UHGV virus genome: UHGV-0096129
Strand: one strand, 5' to 3'
Origin: a virus
Length of the DNA: 31,048 nucleotides
The notes beneath the pieces are model-generated. The model made no database searches, had not been told where the DNA came from, and saw only the letters and a list, made by a program, of their open reading frames with translations. Below, in pieces: positions 17,155 through 26,749 of the stretch (position 1 is its first letter; every line of letters begins with the position of its first letter). Both the position numbers and the translations under genes were made by a program.

Positions 17155-17599
17155 GTTTAAGCGTTTTGAAGACCGGCTGGCCGGACTGACTGAATCGCTG
17201 TCACCGTCTGGGCGTCGGCGACTGAGTGCCGAACTGGCGAAACGTCTGCGGCAGAGTCAGCAGCGTCGGGTGATGGCTCAGAAAGCCCCGGACGGCACAC
17301 CCTACGCGCCACGCCAGCAGCAGAGCGCCAGAAAAAAGACCGGTCGCGTTAAGCGAAAAATGTTTGCGAAACTTATCACCAGTCGTTTTTTGCATATCCG
17401 CGCCAGCCCGGAACAGGCATCAATGGAGTTTTACGGCGGGAAGTCACCGAAAATCGCCAGTGTGCATCAGTTCGGTCTGTCGGAAGAAAACCGGAAAGAC
17501 GGTAAGAAAATTGATTATCCGGCGCGCCCTCTGCTCGGCTTCACCGGTGAGGATGTGCAGATGATTGAAGAGATTATCCTGGCTCACCTTGAGCGTTAG
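17147..17599 (+). CDS. S: Tail completion protein gpS
   Basis: 150 aa, the recalled P2 S length and position. It overlaps R by 8 nt. Confidence 0.9.
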   Translation: MNEFKRFEDRLAGLTESLSPSGRRRLSAELAKRLRQSQQRRVMAQKAPDGTPYAPRQQQSARKKTGRVKRKMFAKLITSRFLHIRASPEQASMEFYGGKSPKIASVHQFGLSEENRKDGKKIDYPARPLLGFTGEDVQMIEEIILAHLER

Positions 17600-17665
17600 T
17601 TGTGCCATTCCCGACACCTCATCGTCACATTGCCGCCGGTATGACCCGGCGGCATCCTTCCCGTT

Positions 17666-18307
17666 ATGAACACTCTCGCAAATATTCAGGAACTCGCGCG
17701 CGCACTGCGCAACATGATTCGCACCGGCCTTGTCGTCGAAACCGACCTTAACGCCGGTCGCTGCCGTGTGCAGACCGGCGGCATGTGCACCGACTGGCTT
17801 CAGTGGCTGACCCATCGCGCCGGACGTTCGCGCACATGGTGGGCACCTTCCGTGGGGGAGCAGGTGCTGATTCTGGCCGTGGGCGGTGAACTTGACACGG
17901 CGTTTGTTCTGCCGGGGATTTATTCCGGCGATAACCCGGCGCCGTCTGCGTCGGCGGATGCCCTGTACATCCGTTTCCCTGACGGGGCGGTGATTGAGTA
18001 TGAACCCGAAACCAGTGCGCTCACGGCAAGCGGAATTAAAACGGCCAGCGTGACGGCTTCTGATTCTGTTACCGCCACGGTGCCGGTGGTCATGGTGAAA
18101 GCGTCAACCCGCATCACCCTGGACACACCGGAGGTGGTCTGCACCAACAAGCTGACTACCGGCACGCTGGAAGTGCAGAAGGGCGGGAAGATGCACGGCA
18201 ACATCGAGCATACCGACGGGAAATTCACTTCTAACGGCGTTCAGGTGGATGACCACGGTCACGGTGGTGTTAAGTCAGGAGACAACTGGACACAGGGGAC
18301 AAAATGA
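17666..18307 (+). CDS. V: Baseplate central spike gpV
   Basis: 213 aa. The N-terminal ~190 aa read almost like the P2 V sequence I recall (MNTLANIQELARALRNMIRTG...). The extreme C-terminus differs. Confidence 0.9.
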   Translation: MNTLANIQELARALRNMIRTGLVVETDLNAGRCRVQTGGMCTDWLQWLTHRAGRSRTWWAPSVGEQVLILAVGGELDTAFVLPGIYSGDNPAPSASADALYIRFPDGAVIEYEPETSALTASGIKTASVTASDSVTATVPVVMVKASTRITLDTPEVVCTNKLTTGTLEVQKGGKMHGNIEHTDGKFTSNGVQVDDHGHGGVKSGDNWTQGTK

Positions 18308-18651
18308 CAGCGCGTTATCTCGGAATGAATCACAGTGATGGCCTGACTGTCACTGACCTTGAACATATCAGCCAGAGTATCGGCGATATCCTGCGCACAC
18401 CGGTCGGCTCACGGGTGATGCGTCGTGATTACGGCTCGTTGCTGGCATCAATGATTGACCAGCCGCAGACCCCGGCGCTTGAGTTGCAGATTAAGGTCGC
18501 CTGTTACATGGCGGTGCTGAAATGGGAACCCCGCGTCACCCTGTCATCCGTTACTACGGCGCGCAGCTTTGACGGGCGAATGACGGTCACGTTAACCGGC
18601 CAGCACAACGACACCGGCCAGCCACTTTCGTTAACCATCCCTGTGAGTTGA
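18304..18651 (+). CDS. W: Baseplate wedge protein gpW (gp25-like)
   Basis: 115 aa, P2 W length and position, coupled to V (ATGA). Confidence 0.9.
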   Translation: MTARYLGMNHSDGLTVTDLEHISQSIGDILRTPVGSRVMRRDYGSLLASMIDQPQTPALELQIKVACYMAVLKWEPRVTLSSVTTARSFDGRMTVTLTGQHNDTGQPLSLTIPVS

Positions 18652-18655
18652 AACC

Positions 18656-19564
18656 ATGCCGATTATCGACCTGAACCAGCTACCCGCACCGGATGTGGTC
18701 GAGGAACTGGACTTTGAAACCATTCTTGCCGAACGCAAGGCGACACTGATTTCCCTTTACCCGGAAGACCAGCAGGAGGCGGTCGCCCGTACCCTGACGC
18801 TGGAATCCGAACCTCTCGTCAAACTGCTGGAGGAAAATGCTTATCGTGAGCTTATCTGGCGTCAGCGTGTGAATGAGGCCGCACGGGCGGTGATGCTGGC
18901 CAGTGCCGCCGGTAATGACCTTGATGTGATTGGTGCCAATTACAATACCACGCGCCTGATTATCACCCCGGCAGATGATTCGACCATCCCGCCGACACCG
19001 GCAGTAATGGAATCTGACACTGATTATCGTCTGCGTATTCAGCAGGCGTTTGAAGGTTTAAGCGTCGCCGGGTCGGTGGGTGCCTATCAGTATCATGGCC
19101 GCAGTGCCGACGGGCGTGTCGCGGATATCTCTGTCACCAGTCCGTCTCCGGCCTGTGTCACCATCTCTGTGCTGTCACGTGAAAATAACGGTGTCGCTTC
19201 CGAAGACCTGCTGGCGGTGGTGCGTAACGCCCTTAATGGCGAGGACGTCAGACCGGTGGCCGACCGCGTGACCGTGCAGTCTGCCGCCATCGTTGAATAC
19301 CAGATAAACGCCACGCTTTACCTTTACCCTGGTCCCGAAAGCGAACCAATTCGCGCTGCTGCAGTGAAAAAACTGGAAGCGTACATCACGGCACAGCACC
19401 GGCTGGGGCGCGACATCCGTCTGTCTGCCATTTATGCCGCTTTGCATGTGGAAGGCGTGCAGCGTGTCGAACTGGCTGCACCGCTGGCCGATATCGTGCT
19501 TAACAGCACGCAGGCGTCTTTCTGTACCGAATACCGCGTCGTGACCGGAGGCTCGGATGAGTGA
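18656..19564 (+). CDS. J: Baseplate wedge protein gpJ
   Basis: 302 aa, P2 J length and position. Confidence 0.9.
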   Translation: MPIIDLNQLPAPDVVEELDFETILAERKATLISLYPEDQQEAVARTLTLESEPLVKLLEENAYRELIWRQRVNEAARAVMLASAAGNDLDVIGANYNTTRLIITPADDSTIPPTPAVMESDTDYRLRIQQAFEGLSVAGSVGAYQYHGRSADGRVADISVTSPSPACVTISVLSRENNGVASEDLLAVVRNALNGEDVRPVADRVTVQSAAIVEYQINATLYLYPGPESEPIRAAAVKKLEAYITAQHRLGRDIRLSAIYAALHVEGVQRVELAAPLADIVLNSTQASFCTEYRVVTGGSDE

Positions 19565-20087
19565 TTCGCGACTGCTGCCGACCGGCTCATCACCGCTTGA
19601 AGTCGCCGCTGCAAAAGCCTGTGCGGAAATTGAAAAAACGCCGGTCAGTATTCGTGAGCTGTGGAACCCGGACACCTGTCCGGCAAATCTGCTGCCGTGG
19701 CTGGCGTGGGCGTTTTCGGTCGACAGGTGGGATGAAAAGTGGCCGGAAGCGACAAAACGCGCCGTTATCCGCGATGCGTATTTCATCCACTGTCATAAAG
19801 GCACTATAGGCGCAATCCGGCGTGTGGTGGAGCCGCTCGGCTATCTCATTAACGTAAAGGAATGGTGGGAGACAAACGACCCGCCCGGAACCTTTCGCCT
19901 TGATATCGGCGTGCTGGAAAGCGGTATCACAGAGGAAATGTATCTGGAAATGGAACGGCTGATTGCCGATGCCAAACCCGCAAGTCGCCACCTTATCGGT
20001 CTGAACATTATCCAGGACATTCCCGGCTATCTGTATACAGGCGGTGTGGTCTGTGATGGTGATGTTATTACTGTTTATCCCGGATAA
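19557..20087 (+). CDS. I: Baseplate protein gpI
   Basis: 176 aa, P2 I length and position. It overlaps J by 8 nt. Confidence 0.9.
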   Translation: MSDSRLLPTGSSPLEVAAAKACAEIEKTPVSIRELWNPDTCPANLLPWLAWAFSVDRWDEKWPEATKRAVIRDAYFIHCHKGTIGAIRRVVEPLGYLINVKEWWETNDPPGTFRLDIGVLESGITEEMYLEMERLIADAKPASRHLIGLNIIQDIPGYLYTGGVVCDGDVITVYPG

Positions 20088-20097
20088 GTGAGAAACA

Positions 20098-22833
20098 ATG
20101 AGCACGAAATTTAAAACCGTTATCACTACTGCCGGAGCCGCAAAGCTGGCAGCCGCCACTGTCCCCGGCGGGAAAAAAGTAAACCTGTCTGCAATGGCCG
20201 TGGGTGATGGTAATGGCAAATTGCCGGTGCCGGATGCCGGTCAGACGAAACTGGTGCATGAGGTCTGGCGTCACGCTCTGAATAAAGTCAGCGTGGATAA
20301 CAAGAATAAAAACTATATCGTGGCTGAACTGGTTGTACCGCCAGAAGTGGGCGGCTTCTGGATGCGTGAACTTGGTCTGTATGACGATGCCGGAACACTG
20401 ATTGCGGTATCCAACATGGCAGAAAGCTATAAGCCAGAACTGGCTGAAGGCTCCGGACGTGCGCAGACCTGCCGCATGGTTATTATTCTCAGCAACGTGG
20501 CGTCCGTTGAGCTGAGTATTGATGCCAGCACGGTGATGGCGACGCAGGATTACGTCGATGACAAAATCGCAGAGCATGAGCAGTCCCGCCGCCATCCTGA
20601 CGCCACGCTGACAGAAAAAGGTTTTACTCAGTTAAGCAGTGCAACAAACAGCACCAGTGAAAAGCTGGCGGCAACGCCAAAAGCGGTCAAGGCAGCAAAT
20701 GACAACGCAAATTCACGTCTGGCGAAAAATCAGAACGGTGCAGATATCCAGGATAAATCAGCTTTTCTGGACAATATTGGTGTTACCAGCCTGACGTTTA
20801 TGAAAAACAACGGCGAAATGCCAGTTGATGCTGATCTCAATACATTTGGTCCCGTTAAGGCTTATCTTGGCGTCTGGTCTAAAGCTACATCCACTAACGC
20901 GACGGCTGCTAAAAATTTCCCTGAAGACGGTGCAGTCGGTGTACTGGAGGTATTCAATGGCGGTAATTTTTCAGGAATGCAGCGTTATACCACCAGAACA
21001 GGCAATGTTTATATGCGCAACCTTTCTGGCACATGGAATGGTTCAGACGGTCCGTGGAGTTACTGGCGTCAGGTTCAGTCTGCAACACGCCCCCTGAGCA
21101 CAACCATTGACCTGAACACGCTCGGAGGCGCAGAGCATCTTGGTTTATGGCGAAACAGTAGTGGCTCAATCGCTTCATTTGACCGCAACTATCCGGAAGA
21201 AGGAAGTTATGGTCAGGGACTCCTTGAAGTTCTTGAAGGTGGTGGTTACTCGCGAACGCAGCGTTACACGACCCGCCGTGGAAATGTTTATGTTCGCTGT
21301 CTTTCGGCCTCGTGGGATGCAGAGAACCCACAGTGGGAGCCGTGGTCAAGAGTGGGCTACCAGTCAGAAAGCCGTTATTACGATGGTGATTTGAATGATG
21401 TAACCTCACCAGGTATTTACAGCGTTACAGGTAAAGCGACCAATGGTCCAATACTGGACGGAAACGGCGTGACAGTCCTCGGTATTCTGGAAGTGTTGAG
21501 GCGCTTTGATGGTGTTAACGTATGGCAGCGTTATACAACTGCCGGAACAGGTACAACCCTTAAAGGTCGCACGTTTGAGCGCGTTTTTACCGGCAGCTCA
21601 TGGAGCGAATGGCGGGAAGTTTACACATCTTATTCACTTCCCCTGAATCTGGGTATCGGTGGCGCAGTAGCAAAACTCACCAGCCTGGACTGGCAGACCT
21701 ACGATTTTGTGCCGGGCAGTCTGATAACCGTTCGGCTGGATAATATGACCAACATTCCCGACGGTATGGACTGGGGCGTCATTGATGGCAACCTGATAAA
21801 CATCGCAGTTGGTCCGAGTGATGATTCCGGTACGGGGCGCTCAATGCATGTATGGCGCAGCACTGTAAGTAAAGCCAACTACCGCTTTTTTATGGTGCGC
21901 ATTTCAGGAAATCCGGGAAGCCGCACGATCACAACAAGACGAGTACCAATCATTGACGAAGCCCAGACATGGGGCGCGAAACAGACATTCAGTGCTGGCC
22001 TTTCTGGTGAACTGTCCGGCAATGCGGCGACAGCAACAAAGCTGAAAACAGCCCGTAAAATTAATAACGTTTCGTTTGATGGAACATCAGATATTAACCT
22101 GACGCCGAAAAATATTGGTGCATTTGCTTCAGGAAAAACAGGAGACACTGTTGCGAATGATAAAGCCGTTGGATGGAACTGGAGTAGCGGAGCCTATAAC
22201 GCAACTATTGATGGGGCATCAACGTTAATTCTTCATTTTAATATCGGTGAAGGAAGTTGTCCCGCCGCCCAGTTTCGCGTTAATTATAAGAACGGTGGTA
22301 TTTTTTATCGTTCTGCTCGTGACGGTTACGGATTCGAGGCTGACTGGTCTGAGTTTTATACCACAACGCGAAAACCTACAGCGGGAGATGTCGGTGCACT
22401 GCCGTTATCTGGTGGTCAATTGAATGGTGCTCTGGGTATAGGAACATCCAGTGCTCTTGGCGGTAATTCGATTGTTTTGGGTGATAATGACACGGGCTTT
22501 AAACAAAATGGTGATGGTAATCTGGATGTTTATGCTAATAGCGTCCATGTTATGCGCTTTGTCTCCGGAAGCGTTCAAAGTAATAAAACCATAAATATTA
22601 CGGGGCGTGTTAATCCCTCGGATTACGGTAACTTTGATTCCCGCTATGTGAGAGATGTCAGACTTGGCACACGTGTTGTCCAGACCATGCAGAAAGGGGT
22701 GATGTATGAGAAAGCAGGGCACGTAATTACCGGGCTTGGTATTGTCGGTGAAGTCGATGGTGATGACCCCGCAGTATTCAGACCAATACAAAAATACATC
22801 AATGGCACATGGTATAACGTCGCACAGGTGTAA
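20098..22833 (+). CDS. H: Tail fibre protein gpH, extended mosaic version
   Basis: 911 aa. The N-terminus is the conserved P2 H baseplate-attachment region. It carries the conserved fibre-collar motif (GAKQTFSAGLSGELSGNAATATKLKTARKINNVSFDGTSDINL) and a distal receptor-binding region. It is longer than the 669 aa I recall for P2 H. Confidence 0.9.
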   Translation: MSTKFKTVITTAGAAKLAAATVPGGKKVNLSAMAVGDGNGKLPVPDAGQTKLVHEVWRHALNKVSVDNKNKNYIVAELVVPPEVGGFWMRELGLYDDAGTLIAVSNMAESYKPELAEGSGRAQTCRMVIILSNVASVELSIDASTVMATQDYVDDKIAEHEQSRRHPDATLTEKGFTQLSSATNSTSEKLAATPKAVKAANDNANSRLAKNQNGADIQDKSAFLDNIGVTSLTFMKNNGEMPVDADLNTFGPVKAYLGVWSKATSTNATAAKNFPEDGAVGVLEVFNGGNFSGMQRYTTRTGNVYMRNLSGTWNGSDGPWSYWRQVQSATRPLSTTIDLNTLGGAEHLGLWRNSSGSIASFDRNYPEEGSYGQGLLEVLEGGGYSRTQRYTTRRGNVYVRCLSASWDAENPQWEPWSRVGYQSESRYYDGDLNDVTSPGIYSVTGKATNGPILDGNGVTVLGILEVLRRFDGVNVWQRYTTAGTGTTLKGRTFERVFTGSSWSEWREVYTSYSLPLNLGIGGAVAKLTSLDWQTYDFVPGSLITVRLDNMTNIPDGMDWGVIDGNLINIAVGPSDDSGTGRSMHVWRSTVSKANYRFFMVRISGNPGSRTITTRRVPIIDEAQTWGAKQTFSAGLSGELSGNAATATKLKTARKINNVSFDGTSDINLTPKNIGAFASGKTGDTVANDKAVGWNWSSGAYNATIDGASTLILHFNIGEGSCPAAQFRVNYKNGGIFYRSARDGYGFEADWSEFYTTTRKPTAGDVGALPLSGGQLNGALGIGTSSALGGNSIVLGDNDTGFKQNGDGNLDVYANSVHVMRFVSGSVQSNKTINITGRVNPSDYGNFDSRYVRDVRLGTRVVQTMQKGVMYEKAGHVITGLGIVGEVDGDDPAVFRPIQKYINGTWYNVAQV
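20827..21627 (+). repeat. Three tandem ~92-aa protein-level repeats inside gpH (knob-like modules)
   Basis: Units start at 20827 (DADLNTF), 21103 (TIDLNTL) and 21382 (DGDLNDV). Each contains G.LEV-x-QRYTT-x-G-x-R and ends W..W..V. The period is 276-279 nt. Confidence 0.65.
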
Positions 22834-22836
22834 TTT

Positions 22837-23364
22837 ATGCAGCATTTAAAAAATATTACTGCGGGTAATCCAAAAACTGTTGCCCAATATCAACTGACAA
22901 AAAATTTTGATGTTATCTGGTTATGGTCCGAAGAGGGAAAAAACTGGTATGAGGAAGTAAGTAATTTTCAGGAAGACACGATAAAGATTGTTTACGATGA
23001 GAATAATATAATTGTCGGCATCACCAGAGATGCTTCAACGCTCAACCCTGAAGGTTTTAGCGTTGTCGAGGTTCCTGATATTACCGCCAACCGACGTGCT
23101 GATGACTCAGGTAAATGGATGTTTAAGGATGGTGCCGTGATTAAGCGGATTTATACGGCAGACGAACAGCAACAACAGGCAGAATCACAAAAGGCCGCGT
23201 TACTTTCCGAAGCGGAAAGCGTTATTCAGCCACTGGAGCGCGCTGTCAGGCTGAACATGGCAACAGATGAGGAGCGTAGCCGACTGGAAGCATGGGAACG
23301 CTACAGTGTTCTGGTCAGCCGTGTGGATCCTGCAAATCCTGAATGGCCGGAAATGCCGCAATAA
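22837..23364 (+). CDS. G: Tail fibre assembly chaperone gpG (Tfa family)
   Basis: 175 aa directly after H. The C-terminal motif ([30 protein letters not shown]) is typical of Tfa/gpG chaperones. Confidence 0.85.
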   Translation: MQHLKNITAGNPKTVAQYQLTKNFDVIWLWSEEGKNWYEEVSNFQEDTIKIVYDENNIIVGITRDASTLNPEGFSVVEVPDITANRRADDSGKWMFKDGAVIKRIYTADEQQQQAESQKAALLSEAESVIQPLERAVRLNMATDEERSRLEAWERYSVLVSRVDPANPEWPEMPQ

Positions 23365-23515
23365 GTTGTATGAGCTGACATATCTATAGCACAGAGTAAA
23401 GCCTAATCTGACAGTCCGCTCTGTGCAAGGAGCGGACATTACCTAACACATTGGTAACCTTCACAGATTTACGCGTTCTACATAGTTAGCATTGTATCTG
23501 ATGAGTTATCATGTT

Positions 23516-24295
23516 TTAAAATATCCAACTGATAAATCCACCTGAATACTTTTCACTAATTTTGATTGCATAAAGATCATGAAGAGTTATAAATAAATCA
23601 TTATCTTCTTTGAAAATTAACTCCTCATATTCTGCCATTATCAAATTATGCTGTGTTGTTAGTTTAGATATGTTATCTATTTCACTGGCAAGCATGGATT
23701 TGTTTACATTGGTGTGTGGATCCATGGCAATATATTTCCGCATCAATGGAATTAGTTGATCAGGGTCTATATTTTTTGCATTTTCCTTTGCTTTTTTTTG
23801 TCTTTCTGAATAGATGGAGTTAATTGTGTCAGTGTGTTTTTTCGCCAGTCTCTTAAACTCTGGATATGAACCAGTAACTAATGCAAGCTCTTCGTACTTA
23901 AGGAATAAATCGATATTGCATTTTTTTACCGTCATTTCAAGATCTTCAACTCTTTTTTTTAACTCTTCATTTGTTTTAATAAGAGACATCGGGAGAACTT
24001 CATAATGTTGTCCTAATTCTGAATCAGGGCTCATTGCCATATGTACTATTTCATTATACATGAGCTGATAAGAAGCAGATAACTCTCCATACTTTAGAAA
24101 TAGTTCATTATGTGAAGATGAACAAGAACTTTGTAATTTCATCATTGGCCTAAAGTAATCCTTTATAAACTCCTCCTGAAGATCTTGGTCTTTTTTGTAG
24201 CTCTCTAGGATTCCAGCAAAAAGAAATGACCCTAAAGATATAGAGATTATGGATATTAGCAATTGACTAAGGAATGATTGTGTTTCATTACTCAT
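23516..24295 (-). CDS. Membrane-anchored helical protein, 259 aa, unknown function (cargo at the P2 Z/fun position)
   Basis: AGGA 8 nt upstream of the ATG. One N-terminal TM helix (FLSQLLISIISISLGSFLFAGIL), then a Lys/Glu-rich helical region. Very AT-rich (about 25% G+C in line 23581-23640 by hand count). It is antisense to the flanking late operons. Confidence 0.75.
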   Translation of the reverse strand: MSNETQSFLSQLLISIISISLGSFLFAGILESYKKDQDLQEEFIKDYFRPMMKLQSSCSSSHNELFLKYGELSASYQLMYNEIVHMAMSPDSELGQHYEVLPMSLIKTNEELKKRVEDLEMTVKKCNIDLFLKYEELALVTGSYPEFKRLAKKHTDTINSIYSERQKKAKENAKNIDPDQLIPLMRKYIAMDPHTNVNKSMLASEIDNISKLTTQHNLIMAEYEELIFKEDNDLFITLHDLYAIKISEKYSGGFISWIF

Positions 24296-24554
24296 AAAAC
24301 ATCCTTAAAAAATAACACGAAAAGTGACTCCTGACAGGGAAGAAACGACAGGTCGGAAACAAACTTAACTGATGAGTTAGCCGTAGTCCAGAACCTTGTT
24401 TGAACACTTAGTGTGACTGTTTGCATCTCAGGAATTTGTGCCAATAATATTTGAATCCTTATAATTTATTTAAATCAAATTTAGTTACTCGCTCAAAGCA
24501 GGCTGTCAGATTTGATAGCGTTTGGGCTATGTAAACTGTCAGTCGGAAAATGAG

Positions 24555-24572
24555 TGTGTACAAATCAGGACA
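24555..24572 (+). promoter_or_regulatory. Candidate Ogr-type activator site (TGT-N12-ACA) of late promoter PF
   Basis: TGTGTACAAATCAGGACA fits the TGT-N12-ACA dyad described for P2/P4 late promoters. Its centre is about 55 nt upstream of a point just past a weak -10-like TTTCAT (24608-24613), and the FI ATG is at 24696. A single dyad can occur by chance. Confidence 0.4.
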
Positions 24573-24695
24573 GGCGAGCTGATTGCCCGCCTTTTCTTTA
24601 TCTGTTGTTTCATCCACTGACCAGCCAGGTCAAATAGCGTCTCATGCACTGCCCAACAGAAAATAGTTGCACCCATTAACCACGGAGTTAAACGG

Positions 24696-25886
24696 ATGAG
24701 TGACTATCATCATGGCGTGCAGGTGCTGGAGATTAACGACGGCACCCGCGTCATTTCCACTGTATCCACGGCCATTGTCGGCATGGTCTGCACGGCCAGC
24801 GATGCGGATGCGGAAACCTTCCCCCTCAATAAACCGGTGCTGATTACCAATGTGCAGAGCGCAATTGCAAAGGCCGGTAAAAAAGGCACGCTGGCGGCAT
24901 CGTTGCAGGCCATCGCCGACCAGTCAAAACCGGTCACCGTTGTCGTGCGTGTGGAAGACGGCACCGGCGACGACGAGGAAACGAAACTCGCGCAGACCGT
25001 TTCCAATATCATCGGCACCACTGACGAAAACGGTCAGTACACCGGACTGAAAGCCCTGCTGGCGGCGGAGTCGGTAACCGGTGTTAAGCCGCGCATTCTC
25101 GGTGTGCCGGGACTGGACACCAAAGAGGTTGCCGTCGCACTGGCATCAGTCTGTCAGAAGCTGCGCGCTTTCGGGTATATCAGCGCATGGGGCTGTAAAA
25201 CCATTTCTGAGGTGAAAGCCTACCGCCAGAATTTCAGCCAGCGTGAACTGATGGTTATCTGGCCGGATTTCCTCGCATGGGATACGGTCACCAGTACCAC
25301 CGCCACCGCGTATGCCACCGCCCGTGCGCTGGGTCTGCGTGCAAAAATCGACCAGGAGCAGGGCTGGCATAAAACGCTGTCCAACGTCGGGGTAAACGGT
25401 GTTACCGGCATCAGTGCCTCTGTATTCTGGGATTTGCAGGAGTCCGGCACCGATGCTGACCTGTTGAACGAGTCAGGTGTCACAACGCTGATTCGCCGTG
25501 ACGGTTTCCGCTTCTGGGGTAACCGTACCTGCTCTGATGACCCGCTGTTCCTCTTTGAAAACTACACCCGCACCGCGCAGGTGCTGGCCGACACGATGGC
25601 TGAGGCGCACATGTGGGCGGTGGACAAGCCCATCACTGCAACGCTGATTCGCGACATCGTTGACGGCATCAATGCCAAATTCCGTGAGCTGAAAACAAAC
25701 GGCTATATCGTGGATGCGACCTGCTGGTTCAGCGAAGAATCCAACGATGCGGAAACCCTCAAGGCCGGAAAACTGTATATCGACTACGACTATACACCGG
25801 TGCCTCCTCTTGAAAACCTGACCCTGCGCCAGCGTATTACCGATAAATACCTGGCAAATCTGGTCACTTCGGTTAACAGCAATTAA
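24696..25886 (+). CDS. FI: Contractile tail sheath protein FI
   Basis: 396 aa, P2 FI length and position. Confidence 0.95.
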   Translation: MSDYHHGVQVLEINDGTRVISTVSTAIVGMVCTASDADAETFPLNKPVLITNVQSAIAKAGKKGTLAASLQAIADQSKPVTVVVRVEDGTGDDEETKLAQTVSNIIGTTDENGQYTGLKALLAAESVTGVKPRILGVPGLDTKEVAVALASVCQKLRAFGYISAWGCKTISEVKAYRQNFSQRELMVIWPDFLAWDTVTSTTATAYATARALGLRAKIDQEQGWHKTLSNVGVNGVTGISASVFWDLQESGTDADLLNESGVTTLIRRDGFRFWGNRTCSDDPLFLFENYTRTAQVLADTMAEAHMWAVDKPITATLIRDIVDGINAKFRELKTNGYIVDATCWFSEESNDAETLKAGKLYIDYDYTPVPPLENLTLRQRITDKYLANLVTSVNSN

Positions 25887-25898
25887 GGAGCCTGACCG

Positions 25899-26417
25899 AT
25901 GGCAATGCCGCGCAAACTCAAGTTAATGAACGTCTTTCTGAACGGCTACAGCTATCAGGGCGTTGCAAAGTCCGTCACGCTGCCAAAACTGACCCGTAAG
26001 CTCGAAAACTATCGCGGTGCGGGGATGAACGGCAGCGCACCGGTAGACCTCGGCCTTGATGACGATGCGCTGTCAATGGAGTGGTCGCTCGGGGGCTTCC
26101 CGGATTCGGTTATCTGGGAGCTTTACGCCGCAACCGGTGTGGATGCCGTGCCGATTCGTTTTGCAGGCTCTTACCAGCGCGACGATACCGGCGAAACGGT
26201 AGCCGTCGAGGTGGTCATGCGTGGACGTCAGAAAGAAATCGACACCGGCGAGGGTAAACAGGGAGAAGACACCGAGTCGAAAATCTCCGTGGTCTGCACC
26301 TATTTCCGGCTGACGATGGACGGTAAGGAGCTGGTCGAAATCGACACCATCAACATGATTGAGAAGGTGAACGGCGTCGACCGGCTGGAGCAACACCGCC
26401 GCAATATCGGCCTGTAA
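25899..26417 (+). CDS. FII: Tail tube protein FII
   Basis: 172 aa, P2 FII length and position. Confidence 0.95.
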   Translation: MAMPRKLKLMNVFLNGYSYQGVAKSVTLPKLTRKLENYRGAGMNGSAPVDLGLDDDALSMEWSLGGFPDSVIWELYAATGVDAVPIRFAGSYQRDDTGETVAVEVVMRGRQKEIDTGEGKQGEDTESKISVVCTYFRLTMDGKELVEIDTINMIEKVNGVDRLEQHRRNIGL

Positions 26418-26473
26418 TTGTCATCCGGTCAGCCTGGCTGACCGGTTAACCCCGATTCAGAAGTGAGAAAACC

Positions 26474-26749
26474 ATGAACAAAGAAAACGTCATTACCCTG
26501 GACAATCCGGTCAAACGTGGTGAGCAGGTTATCGAACAGGTCACGCTGATGAAACCTAACGCCGGGACGCTGCGCGGTGTCAGTCTGGCTGCGGTCGCGA
26601 ACTCCGAAGTCGATGCACTGATTAAGGTGCTGCCGCGCATGACTGCACCGATGCTGACCGAGCAGGAAGTCGCCGCACTGGAACTGCCTGACCTTGTGGC
26701 GCTGGCCGGTAAGGTGGTCGGTTTTTTGTCGCCGAACTCGGTGCAGTGA
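26474..26749 (+). CDS. E: Tail assembly chaperone gpE
   Basis: 91 aa, P2 E length and position, upstream of the tape measure gene. Confidence 0.9.
   Translation: MNKENVITLDNPVKRGEQVIEQVTLMKPNAGTLRGVSLAAVANSEVDALIKVLPRMTAPMLTEQEVAALELPDLVALAGKVVGFLSPNSVQ

Noticed and set aside
17601-17653. TGT-N12-ACC near-dyad (17601-17618) and an 8-bp GC hairpin (17632-17653) between S and V, as PV promoter or terminator
   Set aside because: The dyad is imperfect and too close to the V start codon to sit at -55. The hairpin has no U-tract. Neither can be called confidently.
22833-23515. Possible invertible tail-fibre segment (Gin/Cin/Pin-type host-range switch) downstream of H/G
   Set aside because: There is no recombinase gene, no inverted duplicate fibre tip or second tfa in opposite orientation, and no recognisable crossover-site repeats.
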